DNA of 64,000 nt from an uncultured virus (IMG/VR IMGVR_UViG_3300027985_001212) (Duplodnaviria > Heunggongvirae > Uroviricota > Caudoviricetes), in the IMG/VR virus record IMGVR_UViG_3300027985_001212, one strand, 5' to 3'. The notes beneath the pieces are model-generated. The model did no database searches. It saw nothing but the letters and a program-made list of their open reading frames with translations, and was not told where the DNA came from. Below are positions 19,381 through 28,652 of the stretch, piece after piece (within the stretch, counting starts at the first letter, position 1; every line of letters begins with the position of its first letter). The translations under genes were made by a program, and so were the position numbers.

Positions 19381-19986
19381 ATGAGCAAGAAGAAAACGCT
19401 TGAATATCTCGTTCCGCTGAACATCACGGTTCCCAGCCGCTATATCGACCCGGTCGAGGTGCCGAACGAGGCGCAGACCTTCACCCTCACGGTCGCTCCC
19501 ACGGGCATCCTGACCGTAACCGTTCACGACCTGGATGGAGCCCCAGCCACTGATGAGGAAGTCATCAGCAAACAGATCTACATGGAGTCCATCCGTCAGG
19601 TCCTGCTGGGTTACTATTACGGTGGCATGAACACCCAGCCGCGTCCGGGCGATTACTATGTCCGCATCAACAATCAGCAACAAGGGACCCCGGTCCCGCT
19701 CGCCGCGGCGCTGGTCAAGTTGGTCGAGGCGGTGTTGAATTGCGCGTGGGCCGATACCTACACGCTCTTCCGCGAGGATGAGGAGCTGGCGCAAAAACTG
19801 CGTGACTACACTTTCATGAAAGCGGGTATTTTGTTGCAGTCCCTTCAGATCATCCCGTTCTCGGATGAACAGCGTCAGCATTTGGTGAATGCACACAAAG
19901 AGATCGGCATCGCGACAGCGCTGCTGGGTAAAGAGCTGGTCCCGATTACCACGGCCGTGAACCCGCCTGCGGACGTTCACCATTAA
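19381..19986 (+). CDS. Hypothetical protein
   Basis: 201 aa, GAGG RBS, biased codon usage. Confidence 0.7.
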   Translation: MSKKKTLEYLVPLNITVPSRYIDPVEVPNEAQTFTLTVAPTGILTVTVHDLDGAPATDEEVISKQIYMESIRQVLLGYYYGGMNTQPRPGDYYVRINNQQQGTPVPLAAALVKLVEAVLNCAWADTYTLFREDEELAQKLRDYTFMKAGILLQSLQIIPFSDEQRQHLVNAHKEIGIATALLGKELVPITTAVNPPADVHH

Positions 19987-20007
19987 CAGTGAAGGGAGGC
20001 TATATAC

Positions 20008-20544
20008 ATGACTGACGAGACCAAGAAGACGATTGCAGATCCGATCCTGCGCGCCGAACTGGAGCGTTACCAGGATAATGAACGCGGGTTTGCGGTAAAG
20101 CGCATCACGGAAGAAGAGTTCATCAACCGCTGGCTGCCGATCTTTGCGACACGGGATATGAAAATCGTCGCCCCGGCCTGGTTAGAAGTCGCTGTCCGTA
20201 TCAACCTACCGGTCGATGTCGTTAACGATAACGGGGAAGTGATCTATCGCATCCCGCCGATGCTGGCCACGGATCGTCCCTTCATCAATCGGGGAGAAAA
20301 GATTGATGTCGGTAAACAAGCCGAGAACGTGATCAAAATCGGTGGGTCGCTTCCCCAGCGGACGCGGTCGTTGTTTTATAAGACGATCATTAATAACCTC
20401 CAGCCGTCACCGACTCAGGCGGAGAGCCAGTTGACGATCGAAGGCATTCTGCAACGGTACGGTTATGGCAACGGCATGGCCGATGAAGCCAATGCATCGG
20501 AAGACGACGAAGACGACGATCTGTTAGAAATCTGTGAGGAGTGA
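20008..20544 (+). CDS. Conserved hypothetical protein with acidic tail
   Basis: GGAGG RBS; W..VA....PVDVV...GEV.YRIPP motif; overlaps the next gene (GTGA). Confidence 0.7.
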   Translation: MTDETKKTIADPILRAELERYQDNERGFAVKRITEEEFINRWLPIFATRDMKIVAPAWLEVAVRINLPVDVVNDNGEVIYRIPPMLATDRPFINRGEKIDVGKQAENVIKIGGSLPQRTRSLFYKTIINNLQPSPTQAESQLTIEGILQRYGYGNGMADEANASEDDEDDDLLEICEE

Positions 20545-21659
20545 CCGTGATAAAGCTGATTGAACTGTCTGACATTCATCTGTTAAACAACCGTACCCCG
20601 ACGCCGCATATTCTGAAGAGTTTATCGCAGTTGATGCCGATGACTGAAGAGACGGCTACCGTGGACGGCATTATCTTTGCGGGTGACCTCTTTGACCATG
20701 CCGGTTCGATGACCGATGAACGTGCCCCTATGATCCTTCATTGGTTTAGTCAGTTCTTTCAGTTTTGCGGACAGCATCAGATTTTTGTGCGGGTTTTGGA
20801 GGGGACTCGGTTGCATGATCGCCGCCAAGGGCGTATGTTAGTGCCGCTGGCGGCGACTGTGCCGGGCCTTGACTTTCGGTATATCGATACCGTTACTGCG
20901 GAGATTATCTCACCGCACAACTTATCGGTCGTGTATGTGCCGGATGACTGGAAAACGGGACCTGAAGATGCGTGGGCGGATGTTCAGATCGCCTTACAAG
21001 AAAAGGGCTTGACAACCGTGGATATCGCGGTTATGCATGGCAGTTTTCCGCACCAGTTACCCCCCGTTGTACCGGCACCTCACCACGATCCGATTCGATG
21101 GGAGCGTGTTGTAAAACACTTCATTCTTATCGGGCACATTCATATCCAATCACAGAAGGGTAAGATACTCGCAGCGGGTTCGACAGATCGCCTGCGTCAT
21201 GGTGAACCACGCCCTAAAGGGCTTTATCGGATTACTTTGCGGGAAAACGGTGAAAACCAAGTAGAATTCATCGAGAATAAAAACGCTTGGCAGTATATCA
21301 CGGTGACCGTGACCGATCTGTCGTACGATGAGGGTATGACCGCCATTCGTAAAGCTATCGGACTCTTGCGTGAAGGGGCCTATATCCAGTTGGTGGGTAA
21401 CACCCTGGACCCTATCATTCAAAGCATTGCAAAAATCCGAGAACTCTATCCGAACCTACAGTGGGAATTAGGTCGTGTCGCAACATCAGAGAAAAAGTCG
21501 CTCAACGCGGTTCAACCTGAATTGTTTATCCCGACTGAAATTTCACCAACGAGCATCGTGACACAAGTAAAAGCGAAACTGGGCCAGTTTACGCAAGATC
21601 CCACCTTGACGACTAGGGCGCTCGCTTTGCTTGAGGAGTTTATTCGTGAATCCAATTGA
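20541..21659 (+). CDS. SbcD/Mre11-like calcineurin-family nuclease (phiKZ gp65-like)
   Basis: Metallophosphoesterase motifs SDIHL, AGDLFD, EGTRLHD, MHG, GHIH. Confidence 0.85.
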   Translation: MTVIKLIELSDIHLLNNRTPTPHILKSLSQLMPMTEETATVDGIIFAGDLFDHAGSMTDERAPMILHWFSQFFQFCGQHQIFVRVLEGTRLHDRRQGRMLVPLAATVPGLDFRYIDTVTAEIISPHNLSVVYVPDDWKTGPEDAWADVQIALQEKGLTTVDIAVMHGSFPHQLPPVVPAPHHDPIRWERVVKHFILIGHIHIQSQKGKILAAGSTDRLRHGEPRPKGLYRITLRENGENQVEFIENKNAWQYITVTVTDLSYDEGMTAIRKAIGLLREGAYIQLVGNTLDPIIQSIAKIRELYPNLQWELGRVATSEKKSLNAVQPELFIPTEISPTSIVTQVKAKLGQFTQDPTLTTRALALLEEFIRESN

Positions 21660-22515
21660 ACGTAGCACCGGCAAAGAAGGGCTGTCGATCGGTACCGCCC
21701 TGGGTGTTGAGACCCTCTTCGGGTTGCTGCCGGATGAGGTCATAGAAGACCGTAAACTAAAAGGGGTGCGTTACCGGGAACTGGAGGCGCGTTACCGGGA
21801 GTTTAAAGCACTGTACGTTAATGTTCACACCCTGATCCGTAACTATATCGGCAGTTGTGAAAACACGACACTGTTTGACTTATCCCCCGATCAGATCGCC
21901 ATCGATATTGAACAGGAGATTCAGATACTCACGACGCTGTGCGGTCGGTATATGAAGTGTGTGCCGTATACCGTCAATTATAAGCGTATCAAAAATCATT
22001 TTCCTGATGCGAAGCTAAAGGTACCGACCACGGAGAAACAACTCCAGGAACAGAAACTGATCGAGCAAACGCTCGCCTATTTACCACCCAAGTTACTGCA
22101 GCGGTCATCGACCCTGCAAATCGGCGAGCGGGTAAAAGCCGTGATTATTACCCACTGCCCCATCGACCTGTTGAATCGCACTCAGTTTCAATCACTCACC
22201 TTACTCGAATCCCATACGGGCCGTTACAAAGAGTGGGCCGACTGGTACACTAAACTGCACAGTGCAAACCAAACCTTCAATCCTCCGTTTAACCATCTCA
22301 TGTTACAGGTCTATGGGGATGGCGTGCATTTTTCACCCTTCCCACGGGCCATGAAGGAGACCATCGCAAAAGCCGCTAACCTGGGTAGCTGGACACCCGT
22401 GACGACGTTGGAGAAAATCCGAAACGATCTGAAACGACTGAAAACACTACCGACCACCCGTACCCCGGAAATTGAACAAAACGTCAATATCCTATTGGGG
22501 TTACGCAACGTATAA
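21631..22515 (+). CDS. Conserved protein (phiKZ gp66-like)
   Basis: Motifs SIGTALG, NVHTLIRN, LLESHTG, WYTKL; start may be GTG 21646. Confidence 0.65.
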   Translation: MRSLFVNPIERSTGKEGLSIGTALGVETLFGLLPDEVIEDRKLKGVRYRELEARYREFKALYVNVHTLIRNYIGSCENTTLFDLSPDQIAIDIEQEIQILTTLCGRYMKCVPYTVNYKRIKNHFPDAKLKVPTTEKQLQEQKLIEQTLAYLPPKLLQRSSTLQIGERVKAVIITHCPIDLLNRTQFQSLTLLESHTGRYKEWADWYTKLHSANQTFNPPFNHLMLQVYGDGVHFSPFPRAMKETIAKAANLGSWTPVTTLEKIRNDLKRLKTLPTTRTPEIEQNVNILLGLRNV

Positions 22516-22565
22516 CTCTACGCGCCAGCACTATGTGTGAGGGTGTTAAATAAACAACTGTAGGA

Positions 22566-23387
22566 ATGGTCATGGCTGATTACAAGGATAATCGCTCGGA
22601 CGGCAACCAAGGTAATGGCGGGTGGGTTGAATCCATCTTCGATGATTACCGTTTTGATCTGGTTGCTGAAAAAACAGATGAGATGTTTAAGCCGTCGCGC
22701 TGTAAATTCTCCATCATCGACAACTGCCCGCGCTGGACGACCGTTACCAACGTGAAGTCCGATCAGGATAATGAAGAGAAGGGTAAGATTGTTGCCAGCC
22801 TGGACATCACCACCTTTTTCGTCTTTTTGGGTCGCCTGCGTAGCATCCTGAAAGCGGAGCCGGGCACGAAGGGACAGCCGATCATTTACCGGGTGGGCCC
22901 TCCGACCAATATGACTGAAAAGTCACGCATCCAGTACGGTAAAGGGACGGACGGTATCATCTATATGGCCATTACCGCCGAAGGACGTCCGTCGATCGGG
23001 TTCAAGTTTCTGCCGCCCCCGCATCACCGTCCTCCTCAGGGCGCGAATGTTGATCTGGCCGAAATGAGTGTGTACTATGCAGCCGGTTACATCGAGGCGC
23101 TGGAACGCCTGGCCCCGATCGTGCTGCAGGTGAAGTTCAAGCGCCCGACGTTTGAAAATAAAGACAACCGCAACGGTGGTGGGTACAACGGCGGTAAAGG
23201 TAAGGGCCGGGGTGGTTATAACGGCGGCGGTCGTGGTAACTATAACGGCGGTGGCAACCGCAATGGTGGCTATCATAATGACAACGGTAACCACCGCGAT
23301 AACTCAAATCGACAGGATAACGACTGGGGCCCTGCTCCGGAAAGTGGCTCTGCCATGCCTGATTTCGATGATAACATCCCCTTCTAA
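22566..23387 (+). CDS. phiKZ gp67-like protein with Gly/Asn/Arg-rich linker and SSB-type acidic tail
   Basis: Globular N-terminus, GGYNGG repeats, C-terminus MPDFDDNIPF; immediately upstream of the gp68-like gene. Confidence 0.7.
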   Translation: MVMADYKDNRSDGNQGNGGWVESIFDDYRFDLVAEKTDEMFKPSRCKFSIIDNCPRWTTVTNVKSDQDNEEKGKIVASLDITTFFVFLGRLRSILKAEPGTKGQPIIYRVGPPTNMTEKSRIQYGKGTDGIIYMAITAEGRPSIGFKFLPPPHHRPPQGANVDLAEMSVYYAAGYIEALERLAPIVLQVKFKRPTFENKDNRNGGGYNGGKGKGRGGYNGGGRGNYNGGGNRNGGYHNDNGNHRDNSNRQDNDWGPAPESGSAMPDFDDNIPF

Positions 23388-23406
23388 CGTACTACGTTAG
23401 TCTTTC

Positions 23407-23441
23407 GCAAAGGGAGGCGTGAGCCCCCCTTTGTCATGCCG
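23407..23441 (+). terminator. Hairpin terminator with CATGCCG tail
   Basis: GCAAAGGG..GGC-GTGA-GCC..CCCTTTGT followed by CATGCCG. Confidence 0.6.
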
Positions 23442-23455
23442 ACACTCAAAATAAA

Positions 23456-23471
23456 TTCAGTGCTATATTAT
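23456..23471 (+). promoter_or_regulatory. Putative early promoter TTCA-N4-TATATTAT
   Basis: Same motif and spacing as the other sites; upstream of the gp68-gp70-like operon. Confidence 0.65.
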
Positions 23472-23521
23472 CTACAGGTAACTACAAACTACATTGTTGA
23501 TCCTGTAAAGAGGTATGCCGC

Positions 23522-25144
23522 GTGGAACTCGTAATCACAAATTACACACCGAGAGGCATCTATGCGATGGAGACTCGGCATAAAGGCGAGGTCCTCACCT
23601 GGGACATGTCCTTCTATTGTCGTTCATCCTTCATCCAAGTCGATCAAGTTTTTAGCGAGATTAACGAGTATTTCGCTACGCTCCCCGACGATACTCAAGA
23701 TGGTATCTGGGTGGAATATAAACGCATCCACTACGTATTGGACCGCATTGGTAACCCGAAAACCCTCAAACAAGAACTGATCCGCCATGTGGCGGCACTT
23801 TATCGTTATCTCGATATTGACGCAATCGACCAATGGGTTGACCGTAACCCGCGTATCACGATCCCGCCGGGACTCAAGACCGAATTTGATCCGGGTGATA
23901 CCTCGCACGACCGAACCTACCTGCGCTCAGAGTATCACGGTCTAATGGTGCTGGCATTAGCCCTGCGGCCCGTCGTCCCGATCTGGGCGGTTTACATCGA
24001 AACCATCAAGGGAGAATTCGGTAAACGCTGGAAAGAGATTCAGGGCTATGGTCTGTTGCGCGATACTGTCCTGCCGGACCACCCGTATATGCAGCGACTA
24101 CTGCGGTATATCGAGGCGTCAACGGCAACCGCAATTGAGAAAGACAAGTCCCACATTGGGCTGGTCATTAACTTCCTGGCCACGTCAGAAATACCGGGCT
24201 GGCTATTAGCCTGCGGCCTGATTCGCCGATTAGCGGTCGGCAATGTCAGTGCGACCGTTGAAACTGAATCCATTATTTCTAACTTCTACAATGCGGTTAT
24301 CAAGAACACCTTTGAGAGTGCCATTCGCTCCACAGCGAATAGCTTCAAGGCTAAGAATGAACCGAACGAACATGACGACAACACGTCCGTCTACGAGGAG
24401 TATAAAGTAAAACAGTCACGCTCTGACGGAGCCAGCAGCGACATTTCCGTCTACTTGTGTGAATATTGCGATCCCACGATACTGTTGGCGCATCCCGTTA
24501 ACGCAGCGATCTGGGATGACTGCCGACAAATTGAACACGCTGTGCTGCCGACGCCGGTACTACGGCTTCATGATGGACTGATGGCCCTAGTGATGGGCAG
24601 CGTTGCCCTCAAACCCATCGTGCATAACCTCCCCCCAGAGATTGATCCAGCGACCTATACCCACACGGTATCTAACGCAGGTATCATGAGCCCTTCCTCG
24701 ATCTACATGTTGGATGCACCCGCGCGACGGCGGGCAAAGATCATCACCATGGCGATCTTGTGGGAATGGGGGTTTTACGAACTGGCCGCTGTGATGAGCT
24801 GTCAGCCAACCATCCTGGACGATGAAACTATCCCGTCGGTACAAGCACGTGCACGTATCCAACGGGAATTTGTGGAATACTTCACCGATGCATATCCGTA
24901 TTATCAGAAAGCGCCGGGTAACTCACCCACTGCTCGCAAACAAAACGTGGCCTGTCAGTTTATTGACGAGATGACCGAATATATCACCGGCCCCACGGTG
25001 GAGTTCTGGAAAGGCCCCGTTCCCAACGCCCTGCGGGCGCACATCACGCTAACCAACCGAGGAGAAATCGTTTTCTCTCGTAACGTTAAACAATCCCTCT
25101 CCGAACTTGTCAAACTGTGTTACGAACAATACCCAGGGAACTAA
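23522..25144 (+). CDS. Non-virion RNAP promoter-specificity (sigma-like) subunit (phiKZ gp68-like)
   Basis: 540 aa, GAGG RBS; TY.RSEY..L..LA..LRP..PIW and SVYEEYK motifs; synteny. Confidence 0.65.
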   Translation: MELVITNYTPRGIYAMETRHKGEVLTWDMSFYCRSSFIQVDQVFSEINEYFATLPDDTQDGIWVEYKRIHYVLDRIGNPKTLKQELIRHVAALYRYLDIDAIDQWVDRNPRITIPPGLKTEFDPGDTSHDRTYLRSEYHGLMVLALALRPVVPIWAVYIETIKGEFGKRWKEIQGYGLLRDTVLPDHPYMQRLLRYIEASTATAIEKDKSHIGLVINFLATSEIPGWLLACGLIRRLAVGNVSATVETESIISNFYNAVIKNTFESAIRSTANSFKAKNEPNEHDDNTSVYEEYKVKQSRSDGASSDISVYLCEYCDPTILLAHPVNAAIWDDCRQIEHAVLPTPVLRLHDGLMALVMGSVALKPIVHNLPPEIDPATYTHTVSNAGIMSPSSIYMLDAPARRRAKIITMAILWEWGFYELAAVMSCQPTILDDETIPSVQARARIQREFVEYFTDAYPYYQKAPGNSPTARKQNVACQFIDEMTEYITGPTVEFWKGPVPNALRAHITLTNRGEIVFSRNVKQSLSELVKLCYEQYPGN

Positions 25145-26784
25145 TGATCATGGCAAAACTCATTAAGTTGTATTTCAACGAATCCGGTAAGTTTAAAACC
25201 CAATTCAACCGACCGTACATCATGGACATGGTGGGTGATCGCCTGGCACCCTTTGTCGACGCGACCCGTAACGGTGAACGCTTCACCGCCTCCGCGATGC
25301 GCCAAATGGGGCTGGATGCGATTGGTGTGAGCCCGATCGCCGGTGCACCGATCGCCATCGCGGGCGGATGGGGTGATCGGCGCTGCGTCTTCCTGATGTG
25401 TGTCGAGATCGATAATGTCGGCGTGAACCAGAATCCGCTTGGAAATGACCGGGTCTATTTCGTCGGCTGGACTAACCACCCTGGCATTGTGGTCGTTAAT
25501 AACCTGGGGCGTATCGATAGAGAAATGCAAATGTATTTCAACTCGGCCACTCGCGTTCGTCCCTTCTCCCGTAATCAGTACACCGGCGAAATCAGCTACC
25601 GTACTGTGGATAACATCGAGCTGCTCAGTGGAAGTTTTGACCAGGGGTTCAACCGTCCGGCCACTACGTACTCCACCGCGCAGTCAATGCGCCCGCAAGA
25701 CGTTTTCTCACAGATGAGCCTTAACTTCGCGTCAGGGTTTACAATCAACGGCACTACGAACTTCTCTGGCGGAGTTAAACCCAACGATCGGCTTCACTCG
25801 ATGCCGGATCACTATCTGAGCAGTATCTTTACCAACCTGACCGATGCGGCGGCGACCTACCAATCGGGTAATACTGACTACCTGCAGGGTGAAGGGATCT
25901 TGGACTTGGCGGTGGATAAGTCCAGTGAAGGGGCCCTGTATAACCGCCCGGTATTCCAGGAGCTGGAGAACGAATTTGGGTTCAACCGGCGCGGGTATGT
26001 GCTCTTCAGTGAGCTGGCGCAGATCTTTCCCGGCATCGATAATCCGAATGACCCGCGGGTTGAATCGGTTATGTTGCCACCGGTAAAATACGGTGCGTAT
26101 GACTTCTCGGGTGAAAACTACGCTAACCTGGGCGGCAGTGACGCGGAGACGCGGATGTGTATGAACCTGGCGACCAGCGTGCCCGCGCTAATGTCGTGCA
26201 ATGGGTTGGCGTATTTGGATTTTACCGCAACCAACGACCAGGTCGGGGGTAAATTCCATATCCAGTTCCCGCAGAACGCGGATAGCGTCCGATCGTTTGC
26301 CGATGGGTTACAAACGAATGCCATCGCGCGGGTCATCGAGTCGGAACTGCGTACGGCGATTTTGCCGCCGCTGGACATACACCATAACTTCAATATCAAC
26401 CTGATGGTGATGTGTCATCTGTTCAGCCACACCACAATTAAGATCTCGGTCAATAATGGTGAGTTTGCGACCATGACGTTGCCGACCTTCGCCAGTGGGT
26501 TGACCTCGCCGTGTTTCGATGCCACCGGTCACAGCTTGCAACGGATGGCTGAGGGTGTCGATATGCTACGGGATCACCTGGTACAGTCGACGCTTCATTA
26601 TAGCGACTCCGAAGATTTGCTGGCCCTCCAGCAATTGAAAATGCAATCACCCACGACCGTCCCGCCCGTTCAGCAGAACGGCGGAATTAATCTGTTTGGT
26701 ACGCCCCAGCCGTCCGCCCCCCAACCTGTACAGCCCGCTTGGGGGACGCCGGCTAACGGTAATAAAACCATTAAACTCTACTAA
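25144..26784 (+). CDS. PicA/Imp1-like nuclear import factor (phiKZ gp69-like)
   Basis: ~546 aa coupled to the gp68-like gene by TAATG; QFNRPY, GWGDRR.VF and MRPQDVF motifs; assigned largely by synteny. Confidence 0.6.
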   Translation: MIMAKLIKLYFNESGKFKTQFNRPYIMDMVGDRLAPFVDATRNGERFTASAMRQMGLDAIGVSPIAGAPIAIAGGWGDRRCVFLMCVEIDNVGVNQNPLGNDRVYFVGWTNHPGIVVVNNLGRIDREMQMYFNSATRVRPFSRNQYTGEISYRTVDNIELLSGSFDQGFNRPATTYSTAQSMRPQDVFSQMSLNFASGFTINGTTNFSGGVKPNDRLHSMPDHYLSSIFTNLTDAAATYQSGNTDYLQGEGILDLAVDKSSEGALYNRPVFQELENEFGFNRRGYVLFSELAQIFPGIDNPNDPRVESVMLPPVKYGAYDFSGENYANLGGSDAETRMCMNLATSVPALMSCNGLAYLDFTATNDQVGGKFHIQFPQNADSVRSFADGLQTNAIARVIESELRTAILPPLDIHHNFNINLMVMCHLFSHTTIKISVNNGEFATMTLPTFASGLTSPCFDATGHSLQRMAEGVDMLRDHLVQSTLHYSDSEDLLALQQLKMQSPTTVPPVQQNGGINLFGTPQPSAPQPVQPAWGTPANGNKTIKLY

Positions 26785-26793
26785 GGACAGCCC

Positions 26794-28206
26794 ATGAATA
26801 TCGAAACGTTCTACCGCAAACAACTGACCGCCTTCTATGGACTCACGGCGGATGAAGAAGGCTATGTATCCCTGGATGACGGCACCGGACTGACCCCGTT
26901 CACGATCGAAGGGCGCCGTGTCGTATTGCCGCTGAAAGCACGCCTGCGCGAGGGCATTACCGATCAGCAGGTGGCTTACCATCCGCTGTGTGAGTCCGTA
27001 CCGCGCAGCACCTCTCCGGTGATGAAAACTATTACCCGACTGGCCGGCTTCACCGCCACGGTGGCCTTGACGCAACTGATGACGCGTCTGATCAATGTCG
27101 CCGTAAAAGCCACGGCTTCAAAGCGCCCGCTGAAGTTGTCCGTCGAACAAACCGAACTTCTGACCGCAGTGGGCGACATGGGTGCCAGCATCATCGCCGA
27201 ATGGGATAAGGTCGATATCGACCCCTATGAAGGCACGATGACCGCGCGCTGGTATCTGAAGAAAGCGGGGGAATGGAAGGGTAATCGTTACACCCAAGTG
27301 GCAGTATTCAGCAGTGACCTCTACGAGGCGCTGTGTGAATCCGACTGTACGTTGATGAAAACCAAAAAGAACGTCGCGGCGGTAAAGGGACTGTTGGAGT
27401 GGATCCTGCCGGGTATCGAGACCCCGGATAACTACTCCTTCGGCAGTAGTACCCACATCGCTACGCGCTACCATGCGCTGATGTGTGCCTTTGTTCAGTT
27501 TGCCAAAGTTATCAACCGGCTGAACACGTTGTTCAGCGACGTCTTTCTCAAGGTCTACGGGGAGGAATACTCGCTCGACGATGATCTGATCGATGTGAGC
27601 TGGGAATCCGAACTGGATAACCTGCGGGCCTACGCTGACCTGATTCCCCCGCACCCGGGTAATATCAGCGGCGAGGACTTCAAGATGAACCTCAAAGCCC
27701 CGGCCCCGGAAGCGGCTGCCCCCACGGCCGCCAAACCGGCGATCTCCTCGGCGGCCATGGAGCCCCCCCGGCCCCGTAACCTGAAAGACTTTTTAAACGT
27801 GACCGCCAGCCAGCCCATGATGCCGATGCAACCGCCCGGCTGGCCGTCAGCCCCGATGGGACAGCCGCAGCAATTCGTTAACGCACCACCGGCTACACCG
27901 CAATACGTCACCGGTGCGGATGGACATACGTACATCCAGTACCCTGATGGTCGTGTCATGCCGCTCGGCACGCTGAGCATGGCCCAGCCGCAACAACAAC
28001 AACCCATGATGATGTCGCCGGGCATTTATCCGCAACCGATGATCAATAACGCCATGACGCCGCAAGGGCAGGTGGTGCAGTACGTCACCGGTGCGGACGG
28101 TAATACCTACGCCTGCTACCCGAATGGGCAAATGGTACAGGTGCAGCCGATGAATGCCCCCCGCCACGACCCGGGCCCGGTAAGTTACGGTAACCCGATG
28201 CGATAA
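26794..28206 (+). CDS. Conserved protein (phiKZ gp70-like) with Pro/Gln/Met-rich tail
   Basis: YHPLCES...SPV motif; C-terminal low-complexity region with a duplicated YVTGADG motif. Confidence 0.65.
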   Translation: MNIETFYRKQLTAFYGLTADEEGYVSLDDGTGLTPFTIEGRRVVLPLKARLREGITDQQVAYHPLCESVPRSTSPVMKTITRLAGFTATVALTQLMTRLINVAVKATASKRPLKLSVEQTELLTAVGDMGASIIAEWDKVDIDPYEGTMTARWYLKKAGEWKGNRYTQVAVFSSDLYEALCESDCTLMKTKKNVAAVKGLLEWILPGIETPDNYSFGSSTHIATRYHALMCAFVQFAKVINRLNTLFSDVFLKVYGEEYSLDDDLIDVSWESELDNLRAYADLIPPHPGNISGEDFKMNLKAPAPEAAAPTAAKPAISSAAMEPPRPRNLKDFLNVTASQPMMPMQPPGWPSAPMGQPQQFVNAPPATPQYVTGADGHTYIQYPDGRVMPLGTLSMAQPQQQQPMMMSPGIYPQPMINNAMTPQGQVVQYVTGADGNTYACYPNGQMVQVQPMNAPRHDPGPVSYGNPMR

Positions 28207-28209
28207 GTG

Positions 28210-28241
28210 CGGCATACGAGAGGGGCCCAAGCCCCTCTCAC
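28210..28241 (-). terminator. Hairpin terminator with TATGCCG tail on minus strand
   Basis: GAGAGGGGC-CCAA-GCCCCTCTC stem; CGGCATA at 28210-28216; between convergent genes. Confidence 0.7.
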
Positions 28242-28586
28242 TTATACACGTTTAAACGCGTTATACAACTGGACCACCTCGTTTATTTTTTCAGCAGATG
28301 GGAGATAAAAAAAGGTACGATCGGCCGTAAACTGGTCGGAGCCCTCTATCCGGTTCACCCGCATGATAATTCCATGATGGTGATCACTGATACCTAAGGA
28401 AAATAGATACCCTCTAAAGTCCCCTTGATAGATATTCGCTTCGTGAGGCGTTATTTCAACCGTGGTTGTTTGCGCACTATTACGAAGCGTATCCGCCAAA
28501 GAACTAACGTGCGCCAGAAAGTCAGGATCGTAATAAAGGTCCTCACCTGGCGGAAAAATATCCAGTGTTTCAATTTTCGCTGCCAT
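28242..28586 (-). CDS. Small conserved hypothetical protein
   Basis: 114 aa; YQGDFRGYL...I.MRVN motif; antisense gene between the gp70-like and RNAP genes. Confidence 0.65.
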   Translation of the reverse strand: MAAKIETLDIFPPGEDLYYDPDFLAHVSSLADTLRNSAQTTTVEITPHEANIYQGDFRGYLFSLGISDHHHGIIMRVNRIEGSDQFTADRTFFYLPSAEKINEVVQLYNAFKRV

Positions 28587-28607
28587 TAGATACAGGTCCT
28601 AAGAAAT

Positions 28608-28623
28608 TTCAGTTACATATTAT
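28608..28623 (+). promoter_or_regulatory. Putative early promoter TTCA-N4-CATATTAT
   Basis: Same motif and spacing; upstream of the nvRNAP beta/beta' genes. Confidence 0.6.
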
Positions 28624-28652
28624 CAAAGTGTACCGCATTAAAAGGAAAACCC

